Source: Selaginella moellendorffii (taxonomy: Eukaryota; Plantae; Lycopodiophyta). From it: a stretch of 64,000 bases of DNA. Shown here piece by piece: positions 9,252-20,397 of this stretch. Location of the stretch: positions 496,001-560,000 of the forward strand of contig NW_003314363.1 in assembly GCF_000143415.4 (NCBI RefSeq), given 5' to 3'. Each line of letters starts with the position of its first letter. Position 1 is the first letter of the stretch. The position numbers and the translations under genes were made by a program. The notes beneath the pieces are model-generated. The model made no database searches, was not told where the DNA came from, and was given only the letters and a program-made list of their open reading frames with translations.

Positions 9252-11340
9252 TCACCTTGCCAATGAGCTCTTCACCCCAAACCAGAACACATTCTCCACC
9301 GAATCCCTGGCCATGGGAATCACACTGCAATGGCGGACGCTTGCCACCCTATTGTACGCATCCCGAGCAAGCTCTTCCGCGGAATCAAAGTGCTCTTCTG
9401 CAGAACCAAAGTTCGCAGTGGGATAAATATCGTAAATGAGTGAGGAGCATTCCCATGCAAGTAAGAAGCACACAGCCCAGCAACCAAGGCTGTCACTGCG
9501 CCCCTCTCTTTCATGCCTAGCAAACTGGCTGCACTCCTCATCAGTGTCAATGTTATTCTTCCTCTCAAAGACTTTGCTGTGTTCGTCGACAATTTTCGCC
9601 ATGAAACCAGAAACGGCAGTACTAGCACTAGACTGTAGTTGCATTTGTAGTATACTTTGAGTTCCTCTTCCACATCCATCGGCAGCTGATTCTCCACCTT
9701 GCTTGCGAGCTGCATGGCAATGTCTAGCGAGCCATACGCCACAAGCTTGAAGATCAGCTTCACAACACTGGCCAGGAACCGTCCGTGAACATCGAAGATG
9801 GTTGCACGATGGAAGTTTTAGCTTGAGTTTCTCCGCTTCCAAATCCGTTGATGTTAGCTTGTCCACTCGAGCTTCCACGATCTTGCAGTACTCATGGCTG
9901 CGATGCACTGCCAGTGCAACGCACTCAAGCGGGGCCTCGGAGACGATCTCCAAAGCCTCGGCCTTGCATGCTGGAGTGTCGAGGAAGAACTCTAACAGCT
10001 TCTCTAAAAGTTTGACAGGACATTTCTTGACATATTTCATGAGCTTTCTGGCCAGCTCCATTGCTCCTTGCTCACACCCTGCCGACTTGAGGTTGCCCAG
10101 CAAATTCTCGATTCCCTGATCAAACATGGAGTAAGACTGTAGGTTCCCGAGGCACAAGTCCAAAACCTTGCCTATGACTGACGGCTTCTACTTCTCTAGT
10201 GCCACCTCGAGTTTGTCCAACTCTTCCTTTGCATCCTCAGCAGTGGCAGCGTCTTTCAAAAGCCCAGCCACAATTGTGCTGTGGACGGGACTCGAGCAAC
10301 TCCAGAGAATCGCGTCACAGCGTTTACTCTTGGGCCAGGCCACCAGCACTGCGACGTGATAGAAGTACTCTGAAGTTCCACCTTCGTTCCCCAGGTAGCC
10401 TTGCTTGTCAGAGTTTTCCTCGTCATGGAACTTATCAAATGGCTCTAGACTATCACCACCAACGAATCTCAGAGTAGAGCAGGCAGAGCGGGATCACCAT
10501 CTTTGCTCTAACACCCTCACTGCGGCTTGCCCATTCTTGCATGAAAGATTGAACGCAAGACAGTGACGATATGAAGAACGCACTATCATCCACGCCCAAG
10601 AACTTGGTGTTCTTTCTCACCAAGCTAAACACCAAGCACAATCTCGATCCTGTCGTCAAGCTTGTGCTTGCAGTCACAGAAAAAGGTGGTGTAGAAGTAG
10701 CTACTAGTGTATTGGAAGTTCAAAGCCTTGGAGCAGCCCAAGTGCGGGACGGTGAGAGCTGGTCCATTTGGGTGGGGAGCTGGATGATCTCATCTTCCTT
10801 TTCCGTGTCACTGTGAAGTTTGAAATGCCCAACTTGCTTGTATAGGTTCACGCCAAGCTCCTGTTACAAATTAAGAAAGAAGAGAAAAACTCTATCGCAT
10901 CATCGCTATACATACACAGGTGAGAGTCGTGACTCTCCAGATTCACCACGTGTCTCAGCCGTACGGTGATCTCGGATGTACTACGTCCTGGGCTCCGGTG
11001 TTCACTCCCATGTTCGAGAATGTCGTGGACCCTCTTGGGAAGAAACTCTGGATTGTCAGGGAAGGAGATCTTGGAGGAATCCAATTGCCAGGCCCGGTGG
11101 ACGCTGGTGTCGAAACGAGTCCGCTCGCCAATGCCAAAAGGTGCCGGCTGTGAGACATGCTTGAGCTTAGCAAGATTGTCGGGTAAGAGTGGGAGCTGGA
11201 TGGCGCCACCGGTGATGCCCTCCACTGCCAGAGTCTGTGGCATAGGATAACGCTGCACATCGATCTCACCTCGAACAGTGTTTGCTGATAAGCCATGCCA
11301 AAGCACTTTGAGAAGCTCCTGCGTAACACTCTCCGAATGC
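9252..11340 (-). pseudogene. Frameshifted 2OG-Fe(II) oxygenase of the fungal/actinobacterial type, with a helical C-terminal region
   Basis: Segments in several frames: LAVEGITGGAIQLPL...QPAPFGIGERTRFDTSVHRAWQLDSSKISF; NLYKQVGHFKLHSDTEKED (HxD); FFCDCKH; TGSRLCLVFSL; GYLGNEGGTSEYFYHVAVLVAWP. Frameshifts and stops lie between them. Confidence 0.75.
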
Positions 11341-12898
11341 CCTAAAGAGGCAAAACTATTAAGCTCAAGAATTCACTTCACATGCGAGAGATCAACGGGG
11401 CACAAATACTAGCCAAAAAGTCGTCACAAACGGGCTCTAGCCGCTTCCGGAGTTGCCTTCTCGGCCCTGGGATCTGGCGTGGAGCCTTGAGTGATGCAAG
11501 GTTAGTTTCAAATTAAATTCAGCACTACAAGATGGAAACTTTACGTCAATAAAGACTATAGAAGCGCAATGAGTACACGGCTGCCAAACATGTTGCAGGG
11601 AACCTAGGTAAGAGGCTTTGACAAAAGGTGGATTCCTGTTCATTGCTGTCTGTACATTACATTTCACATGCTTTTGCTCCGCCAGCAATGTTATGTGCAT
11701 ACCATCATTCCCATCCAGCTTTTTACACTTCTCATAGTATGGTATATGGCCGTGGAAGGAGTCAACTGGCAAATGAAGCTAACATACGAAAGCAATCCAA
11801 AAACAAAAGAAAGTACTACAGAGGTTAAGCTTCTTCTGATTTCTTAGAAGGTCATAAACCCTTGATCAGGGAATGCGAAGTCTGACAGGAATTGCTGAAC
11901 AACCATTTCAAGGAGCTCCTTGTAGAAAAGTGAGTGCATTGATCATTTTGTTGTCTTAAATTCGAGCATTGTTTTTTGTGGTGTTTCAGGCAGCAAAACG
12001 AGCTTCAAGCGACTAGCTGTGCATCTATCACACATTTACAGCAGTGAGAGATACAGGAGGATTCTGTTTGTTCAAGCTTGAGAATTGGCACTATGGAGAA
12101 TACCTGGTGTTTGTACTTGCTCCTCTCCTCATTGAGCTAGTCCGTTCTCCAGTCTGGGCATTTGGAGTGGTTCACATGTTTAGTGTAGCTATTGATCAAG
12201 GTTTCTTGTCATTTCTTTCTCTAGCGTGCTCTTTTCATTGATTTCTTCACCCCGAATCCCCAATAGGAGTATTCTATTGTCTAGATTGACTTTCTGGTTA
12301 CCAATTGCAAGTTTTTAAAATTATTTGTGCCATAATATCACAAATGTGACTGCAGGGAATGTGCACACATGACCTCTAGACTCCAGGGATCCCTCTTGGC
12401 TTTAAATCTCTTCCACTCCAGGTCGCAGATGAGCTGTGTGGAGTGAAAGTTGGGACTTTTGAGCTATGATCCACGTGAGCATCGATGCTTGTTGGGAATA
12501 GTTTGGCTTGAACGTGATTGTATTATAAGTTCTGATCGCATGCTTTAGAATGCTGAAATTCCATTGCTTATCATTGGACAGTTTTGAGTAGGACACCTGG
12601 GCAAGATGAGCAACAGGAGGCCAGTCAAGGCATGCGAGCTGGAGAAAGCCTTCAATCTATGGGCTGGATCACACTGCAAATAAACTTTTGGCAAGCTAAT
12701 ACTAAAGATGCAAAAGTAAACCTCCTTCAGATCATGGTACTTCTTAGTGGTGGTCTCCACACAATGTGACACAAAGAAAAGCATACCTTACTGTCTCTCC
12801 TGGAGAGAACCCCTCTTTTCTCTAGTGCTGATCGATCACGCACAGATGACGCACATAAGATCCCTTGAAAAAACCCAACTAGCAAAAGAAAACCAACA

Positions 12899-13824
12899 AT
12901 GGCATTTCCAAAAATCTCTCTAGTTTTGATCGTCTCTCTTCTTCATGTTCTAAGTTCGTTGGTTGCAGAAAACTACCTGCTCATTCTGCTCAGTGATCCA
13001 TTGTCAGTTCCATGCTCTTTGCAATTGCAGTGGAAAAGGACGAAAAGGAGGAGGAGGAGCTCCAGGTGATCACAATCACCAATCGCCGCCGCTCACCATG
13101 TTGGACAAGAAGAAGGCTGGCATGGATCCTCCTTCTACACGCATGCATCCTTCATGGCCGCTGCCAAGGCCTTCCCTGCACCGGCATTTGGGTGCACGTT
13201 CCCCCGAACAGCGCAAGACGGAGATCACCGCCCTATTTGCCCAAAAATCGGTTCAAACAGCCGGATCAGGTGAGACCAACTTTTCACTTTCATAGCCCGC
13301 CACCTTTACTTGAGTTTCTTTGTGTGTGATCCAGGTGGGCTGCTGGGAGGGCTGCAGTCTGCTTGGTGGAACAGGATAAAAGCCGGTAATCCAAGGAATC
13401 GGCATTGCGCTCCCACCATGCCCAAGGACCATTGCTGCTTACATGGTATAGAAATATATTGTAACCCATGTGATCTAATGCTTGCGATCTACAGGAGCTT
13501 CAACTAAGCCTGTGGACGTGCTCTTGGTTTTGATGGAATAAAAAAATCCAGAAATGGTCGATAAAGATCCCAAGGTGGCGTGCTCTCTGGTTCTGGATGA
13601 CCCCGCAAGGCATGCCACGATGTGATCCTCGGCGTGTTGAAGCCAAGCAAAATCGATATTAGTGCCGGGAGAACTACTGGTTGTTATGGAACAGTCACTA
13701 ATATCATCAATGGACGAGAAGAATGTGGGCAGGGTCCTAATGCCCATGGCAAAGTTAGAGTTGGGTCTTACAAGCGTCTCGGACTTCTCCTGGGGGTTGA
13801 CACTGGACCAAATGTTGGAACTAA
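12899..13824 (+). pseudogene. Degenerate inverted copy of the GH19 chitinase-like gene
   Basis: MAFPKISLVL..., [24 protein letters not shown], and [37 protein letters not shown], with deletions, frameshifts and stops. Confidence 0.85.
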
Positions 13825-13879
13825 GTTAGCTCAATCGCGGGAACTTGACAATAGTGTAACTTTGTGGCAATGGAATGAT

Positions 13880-14115
13880 AATATAGTGCTTGTGTAGAGA
13901 TTGCTATTGTCTCGGGTGGACTAGCTCTGTGTTGAAGACGTCCGAGAATGCCTGGAGAAAATTCTTGTGGATGTGAGTGAGCATGTCTGTGTTGGGCGAC
14001 GATGAATCGACGAGCTTGGCGACGGGTCACGAATGCCACAAGGAATGATCTTGGTGAATGGGGAGGGGTCAGTGATGACATTGAGAGCCAAGCCGTGGAA
14101 GGTGATCCACTTTGA
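13880..14115 (-). pseudogene. LIP2 last-exon fragment (inverted copy)
   Basis: [30 protein letters not shown]; homologous to ~8785-9040. Confidence 0.85.
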
Positions 14116-14194
14116 GCTGGAGAGGCCCAGTGGTGGAGGAGAATGTTCTGCACCTCTCCGGTGATCCTTGCAGCACAGAACCCCCAAATGGTTG

Positions 14195-14410
14195 GTTTCC
14201 ACAGCTTGGCTTTCAATGTCACCACTGACCTCTCCCCCTTCAGCAAGATGTTTCCTTGCAGCATTCACGACAAGGCCTTGAGGAGCGTCGCCAAGACCAT
14301 CAATCCAGCATTGCCCCAACACAAACAACAAAAATTTGCTCCAGGCATTCTTGGATGTCTTCAATATAGAGCAATCACTATACAAACACTATATTATCAT
14401 TCATTATAAT
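14195..14410 (+). pseudogene. LIP2 last-exon fragment (direct copy)
   Basis: [33 protein letters not shown]; homologous to ~8800-9044. Confidence 0.85.
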
Positions 14411-14467
14411 TAATCACACCATTGTCACAAAGTTACATTATTGTCAAGTGCTCGCGATCGAGCTAAT

Positions 14468-15475
14468 TTAGTTCCATGGCTTCTGGTTGTAGCAATCCAC
14501 ATTTGGTCCAGTGTCAACCCCCAGGAGAACTCCGAGACGCTTGTAAAACCCAACTCGAACTTTGCCATGGGCATTAGGACCCTGCCCACATTCTTCGCGT
14601 CCATTGATGATATTAGTGACTGTTCCATAACAACCAGTAGTTCTCCCGGCACTAATATCGACTTTGCTTGGCTTCCACACGCCGAGGATCACATCGTGGC
14701 AAGAGGGCGTGTTGCCTTGCGGGGTCATCCAGAACCAGAGAGCACTCTTGAACGCCACCTCAGGATCTTTAGCGACTATCTCGGGGTTTATTATTCCATC
14801 GAAGCCAACAGCACGTCCACAGGCTCCATAGTTGAAGTTCCTATAGATCACAAGCATGAGAATCATATGGTTTATAATATATTTATACCATTTGAGCTGC
14901 AATGGTCCTCGGCCATGGTAGCTCTTGCCGGGAGCGCAAGGCCAGGCTTCCGATTGCTGGCAATATCGGTTTTTATCATGTGATTCCACCATGCAGTATC
15001 CAGAAGAGAGCAGCCCTCCTGGAAGTCCACCTAAATCACACACAAAGAAACTCTAGTTATGAAAAGGTGGCGGGCTATGAAAGTGGAAAGTCGGTCTCTC
15101 ACCTCCGGCGGTTTGAGCCGACGTCTGGGCAAAGAAGGCGGCGATCTCCGTCTTGCGCTGCTCCGGGGAACCCGTGCACCCAAATGCCGGGAAGGCCTTG
15201 GCGGCGGCCATGAAGGATGCGTGCGTGTAGAAGGAGGATCCCGCGCAGCCCATGACAGCCTTCTTGTTGTCCAGCAGCTGGTCGAACAGGTCGCTCGAGA
15301 CGAGGGCTCCAATGTCGATGGTGGGCGGCGATGGAGAGGTGGTGTTGTGACTGTGACCGCCTTGAGCTCTTCCTCCTCGTTTTCCACCGCAATCGCAATG
15401 GTTTGCTGCAACCAAAGAACTTAGAACAAGAAGCAGAGAGAAGATCAAAGCGAGAGAGAGTTTTGCAAATGCCAT
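14468..15475 (-). CDS. Secreted GH19 chitinase-like protein (3 exons, no complete hevein domain), catalytic Glu substituted
   Basis: Signal peptide [24 protein letters not shown]. Motifs [79 protein letters not shown]. Confidence 0.9.
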
Positions 15476-15544
15476 TGTTGGCTATCTTTTGCTAGTATGG
15501 AGTGGGAGGTGGAAGTGTGGGTTTGTGGGGGATCTTGTGTGGGG

Positions 15545-15552
15545 TTTATATA
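15545..15552 (-). promoter_or_regulatory. TATA box of the chitinase-like gene
   Basis: TATATAAA on the minus strand ~70 bp upstream of the ATG at 15475; absent from the inverted pseudogene copy. Confidence 0.6.
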
Positions 15553-15841
15553 GAGAGCGCGTGATCTGTGCGTGATCGAGTCAGCACTAGAGAAATGAGG
15601 GGCTCTTTCCAGATCGATCCAACCGCGTCGCGACAGGATTTGAGAGACAGTAAGTTATGCGTTTCTTCGTGTCGCTTAGTGCGGAGAGGATGTTGACTGC
15701 CACTAAGAAATGTCATGATGACTCTGACCAGCATTCTAACATAGATTTGTTGAATAAATTTAATTTACTACTGTCTTAAGGTCAAAGTGTTAATATTAAG
15801 TATTGGGCTAAATATTTTTTAATAAAAAGGTTCACAATATA

Positions 15842-17920
15842 TTAATTATTAATATTTATCAATTTTGATGCACTTCTAGCGGTGAAACCTTCTTGCTCCC
15901 CAAACTTGATCGCTTGTCTGAAAATCTCATCTCTTTTCGCTGCGTTGTTAGCATCACCACTCTGCTCCAAGAGTTCTTCCACACAGTCCCGGTATTGCTG
16001 TTCGTTTAGTTTGGCTAGGCACACAGTGAGGCCGAATAGATCACCGAGCTTCACAGTCGTTTCGCCAATCTTTGCGTCGGAACGAGAGCTCGTAGCACAG
16101 AGGAGAACATTACGCGGCCACTCCTGTAAAAAAGTGGTGAGAAGATAAACTTCTGTAAGGATAGATAGACCAGAAAAACGAAATGGGAAGTACCTGCAAA
16201 TGCTCGTCCAGAGCTGCCTTGAGCAGCACAAAGCTCTCCTCGACTGACCGGAGAAACAAATCCTCTACCAGTAAAACAAACCGGATGTGGCTGTTCTTCC
16301 TCATCTCTTCCAGTATAGTTGCAAGCTGTTTAAACTCGCTGCTTGGAAGTAGCACCACTCGAAAGCGTGCATCCTCGGATAGCTTGCTCAAAGTAGCTTT
16401 CACGAGCCACGATTTTCCAGAGCCGGAGGGACCATGCTGCACCAAAAAAATCATCCGTTTCTAATTAGTTTTCTCCCGACACTATCTTCAATCAAAGGGT
16501 CGTGAGATTACCACAAATACATGATGAGCAGAGCCCTGTGAAACATGCCGGTGTATATTTTCACGCAAGGCTGCTTGTTGCCTGGACCATACTGTGAGAT
16601 GCGGTTCACTTACAGGCTTAAGGTATCGAAAGTCCGGCACGAGCTTTCCTCCCCGCAACTTTAGAACTGCATCAACACGGACAGAGTTTCAGATTGCGCG
16701 GGTAACTTATCAGCCGGTCTTTAGAACCTTGAGACAGTGCAACGCGACCAAAACCATTCTCAGCGTGGTAATCCTTCAGCAGATGAACAGCTTCCGACCA
16801 GTTCCATAAACCGCTGATCTTCTTTTGCCACTGTTGCCGTTCTGTTTCAAAGTTTGAGAGTCATATAAGCAAAGACATGGTCACACCTGAAATGACAAAA
16901 TCGCTCTCTGTTTTGATGGTTTTCTCCTCAGACGGCGAAACCAAAATCTTGTCCTCCACGGACGCTTCCTTTTCTACGTCAGGCAGCGGGTCGATGAACT
17001 AGAACACGGCCAAAGTGTGATATGCTTTTTACCTTCGTCTGTGACCAGGAAACCAACAATATTATTCGTTTTCTTCTCGTCTACCTTTGGAACAGTGCGG
17101 GAATCAAGGCTGGAGGATGCAGCATTGCGCCATTGCGGCTTGGTTTCCGACACGAGCTCTGTCACCTAGAAACTAAGACGCTTAAGAAACAGGTAGAAGA
17201 AAGAAAACTTACCCAGCTTATCATCGTGGATTCATTGAGGCTAAGCCGCTGTAAGCTTTCGAGATCTGCGGTTGCTGCTGCTTCGAGCGATGCTGGGATT
17301 CGTCCTCCATAAGTGCTGCTGGAATCACCACTGCTTGCAGCTGCTTCAGCAAAAGGATTCCCATCCGCCTTTAGAATCCCTTCGAGAAGAAAATCCTGCC
17401 AGCTGCAAGATTTCTATATTTCATGAACCTTTCATATCGAAAGTTGGACTTACCTCGAGTGCTTGCCGGTTGCCATGAGCCGGAAGAACTCTCCATAGGC
17501 TTCCAAAATTTTTATATCATCTATCACAGGAAGACAAAGAACAAATCTTATAGACCAGAAGCACAAAGACACAAGGAAAAAACAAGTACCGTCTCTCCTG
17601 CGAAGAACCAGCAGCAGCTTAAGAAATGCCTGGGCTGGAGGGCTTCTAAAAACCTCCTGATAAACCAGCAAAGCTGCTACATCCTTGAGCAATCCATCGG
17701 CGACTCTCTCGATCCTATTTTTCTTATATCTTAGAAGAAGAGGAAGGAGAGAGACGCGGTTTTCTTACTGGATTCGAGGATCAGTGGTGAAGCCCAGAGA
17801 TGCCGAGACAATGTAGCTGCGATTCCTGGAGCTCCGACCGCTAAAATGGTGCCTGGGAGTGGTAAATCGAACAGATGGCGTCCGCAGCGTCATGGCGCTA
17901 CTCGCAGCTAGCAACGCCAT
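15842..17920 (-). CDS. DUF815-family AAA+ ATPase-like protein with a plastid-transit-like N-terminus, multi-exon
   Basis: ALLVYQEVFRSPPAQAFLKLL; Walker A GPSGSGKSWLVKA; FVLLVEDL; LKAALDE..WPRNVLLCATSSR; KLGDLFGLTV; GFTARSA. ATG at 17920 (MALLAASSAMTLRTPSVRF). Confidence 0.8.
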
Positions 17921-18050
17921 CACCGATTTCTAGGGCTCCAAACTTTGAAAATAAAGTCCACGTGATTATTAATTTGAGAAAATCTAGATACATTCTTGTT
18001 TAGATTATGCTGCTCATCCGTTAAATAGATTTCTTCGCATGCCAAGAAAA

Positions 18051-18639
18051 TTATCTATTTATCGTTTTCTCCGCCACCTTTTCCCCTCGCTTGACCGCCT
18101 TAACGAAAATATCTTCATGAATGGCTCCACTGCTCGATTTCTTGACCTCCTTCCACTGGCTATCCACATAGTAGTAGTAATTGTAGAGGGACCTTGGGAA
18201 ATTTTGCGCCATCAGGGCATAAATCTCCTTTAGCGTCGTCGACCACGTCTCCTTCGTGAAACTCTCGCGAAAATCGCGTGGGGAGTTTAGAACTTTCGGC
18301 CCTTGGCATGCGTAAACCAGCCTTAGCGGCCGATCCTTCCTGTTCTTGGTCGCCACCATGATCTTGCTCTCGTCGCCCGCGTCTAAGTTCACTCCCCAGT
18401 AAATCCCCTGATAAGTAACCACGCGAACTTGGTATAAAACACACAAGGAGTGGAGAACTTACCTCGGTTGGACTGATAGTTAGACCATGATCGTAGAACG
18501 TTGTCTCGGACATTGCCAGGCCAAAAAGCTTGCAAAACTCCTCCATCACGGGCTTAAAGGGTTCGTCTTTCTTGGCCTCGCGAAACCATCTCCGCCCATT
18601 GTCAGCCTTCACAGAAAGGTTAGTTCTATGCAATTCCAC
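18051..18639 (-). CDS. Protein with an N-terminal SUMO/Rad60-like ubiquitin-fold segment and an unknown C-terminal region (2+ exons, start uncertain)
   Basis: NLSVKADNGRRWFREAKKDEPFKPVMEEFCKLFGL..TTFYDHGLTISPTE parallels SUMO (NLKVKGQDG..FFRIKR..LKKLMNAYC..FLFDG). A probable intron at ~18430-18462 joins ORF 18051-18446. Confidence 0.5.
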
Positions 18640-18801
18640 AAAGAAGTTCGTGATCTCTATACCTCAAACACAACCAAATCGCTTCCCTTTGCTAACATTG
18701 CAACCATCGCACAGATAATATTTAGGTCACAGTGATATTCTAAAGGATATAAATACTCGTAACAACCTTCTAGTTAGGTTTAGTGATAAACATAATTAAT
18801 A

Positions 18802-20397
18802 ATGACAAGCCTTTTAGACAGGAACCAATGCATCGACCTCATTAGATCCTCCACTACGCTTCCCGCGGCAAACGCCGCTTCATCGCTCGCCAGGCACCGT
18901 CTCCAAGCCGGAGAAGATTCCTTCCTTTGCAATGTGCTGCTCGAGGCGTACGGAAAGTGCGGCAGCCCCGGCGATGCCAGGAGAATCTTCGACGGCATCA
19001 AGCGCAAGAACGTCTTCTCGTGGGTGCTGCTCCTGCAAGCATATGCCCGGAATGGGCATCTGGAGGATGCGAAGCGCGTCTTTGATGCGATGCCCGAGCG
19101 GAATCTCGTCTCGTGGAACTGTATGCTGGTGACACTTGTGCAGAACGGGAATCTTGACCAGGCCCGGCGGGTTTTTGATGGCATGAAAGAGCGCAACCTG
19201 GTATCTTTCACCACGATGCTCATGGCGTATGCCCAAGCAGGGCATATTGAGCAGGCCAGGCGCGTCTTCTCTAAGATGCCCGACTGGGATCTCATTGCGT
19301 GTACGACGATGATATGGGCGTACGGAGAGGAAAGGGGATCTTTCCAGGCAAAGCGCGTGTTTGATTCCATGCCCGAGTGGGATCTCGCGTGCTACTGCGC
19401 GATGCTAACAGCATATGCTGAGAGCGGGCATCTGGAATATGCTACGAACCTCTTTCAGCGATTGCCGGAGTTTAACGTCGTAGCAGTGAACTCTCTCTTA
19501 GCCGTATTGGCACACAACTTGAAGATCGACGGCGCTAAGCGCGTGTTTGATTCCATGCAAGAGAGAATACTCGTCTCGTGGAACACTATACTCTTGGCAT
19601 ATTCCCAATCCGGGCATCTGGAGGAGGCCAAGCACGCGTTTGATTCCATGCCCGAGCGTGATATGGTATCGTGGAATCTCATTCTAGATGCGTACAGACA
19701 CTACGGCCTACCGGAGAACGCCCGGGAGATCTTCGACCGTATGTATGAGCGAGACTTGGTGTCGTGGAACACGCTCATGGCGTGCCTGCTCGAGGCGGGG
19801 TGTTTGGCGGAGGCGATAGACGTATTCTACGCCATGGAGGAGCGGAACGACTGCTCGTTTAACACTCTCCTGGCGGCGTACGTCGGTAGCGGGCGTTTGG
19901 CGGAGGGGAAGCGGGCGTTTGGCGGTATGCCCGGCGTGGACATAGTGGCGTGGAATACCCTAATGGCGGGGTATGCCCGGAGCGGCGAGGGCGAGGTGGC
20001 GCTGGAGCTCTTCGCGGCGATGGCGATGGAGGAGGCGCCCAATGCGATCTCGTTCGTGCTGGCTCTGCGCGCGTCCAGCCACGGCGGCGATGTCTACCGC
20101 GGGTGGGCGCGATTTTGCTCCATGGTGGTGGATTTTGGCATCGATCCGAGCAAGCAGCACTACTGCTGCATGGTGGATCTTCTCGGGAGGGCGGGCTATG
20201 GCGGCAATGCGGAGGAGCTGGTGCGCAGCATGCCGTTTGTGCCGGACGCGCTGGACTGGACGTGCGTTCTCTCGTCGTGCAAGGGGCGGAGGGATCGCCG
20301 GAGAGGCGCGGTGGCGGTGGAGAATGTTCTTCGCTTGGATCCCAAGAACACGGCTGTCTACGTGCTGGCTTTGAATCACAGCGTACGCGATGGGTGA
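18802..20397 (+). CDS. PLS-class pentatricopeptide repeat protein with E-type C-terminus, no DYW domain
   Basis: Many ~31-aa repeats A.RVFD.MPERNLVSWN; terminal HYCCMVDLLGRAG...MPFVPDALDW. Intronless, 531 aa. Confidence 0.92.
   Translation: MTSLLDRNQCIDLIRSSTTLPAANAASSLARHRLQAGEDSFLCNVLLEAYGKCGSPGDARRIFDGIKRKNVFSWVLLLQAYARNGHLEDAKRVFDAMPERNLVSWNCMLVTLVQNGNLDQARRVFDGMKERNLVSFTTMLMAYAQAGHIEQARRVFSKMPDWDLIACTTMIWAYGEERGSFQAKRVFDSMPEWDLACYCAMLTAYAESGHLEYATNLFQRLPEFNVVAVNSLLAVLAHNLKIDGAKRVFDSMQERILVSWNTILLAYSQSGHLEEAKHAFDSMPERDMVSWNLILDAYRHYGLPENAREIFDRMYERDLVSWNTLMACLLEAGCLAEAIDVFYAMEERNDCSFNTLLAAYVGSGRLAEGKRAFGGMPGVDIVAWNTLMAGYARSGEGEVALELFAAMAMEEAPNAISFVLALRASSHGGDVYRGWARFCSMVVDFGIDPSKQHYCCMVDLLGRAGYGGNAEELVRSMPFVPDALDWTCVLSSCKGRRDRRRGAVAVENVLRLDPKNTAVYVLALNHSVRDG

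Larger units (their letters stand above)
12800..15612. repeat. Large imperfect inverted duplication (arms ~12800-14115 and ~14195-15612, ~80-bp spacer)
   Basis: The left arm (chitinase pseudogene +, LIP2 3' fragment -) is the reverse complement of the right arm (LIP2 3' fragment +, chitinase -). The match includes upstream sequence TTTCTCTAGTGCTGA..CGATCACGCACAGAT. Confidence 0.88.

Noticed and set aside
8465-9439. 324-aa ORF apparently extending LIP2
   Set aside because: Runs through introns and out-of-frame exons into the antisense chitinase stub; the spliced LIP2 stops at 9044.
11400-12790. Exon-like fragments between the 2OG pseudogene and the palindrome
   Set aside because: No consistent frame or recognisable motif; cannot be called.
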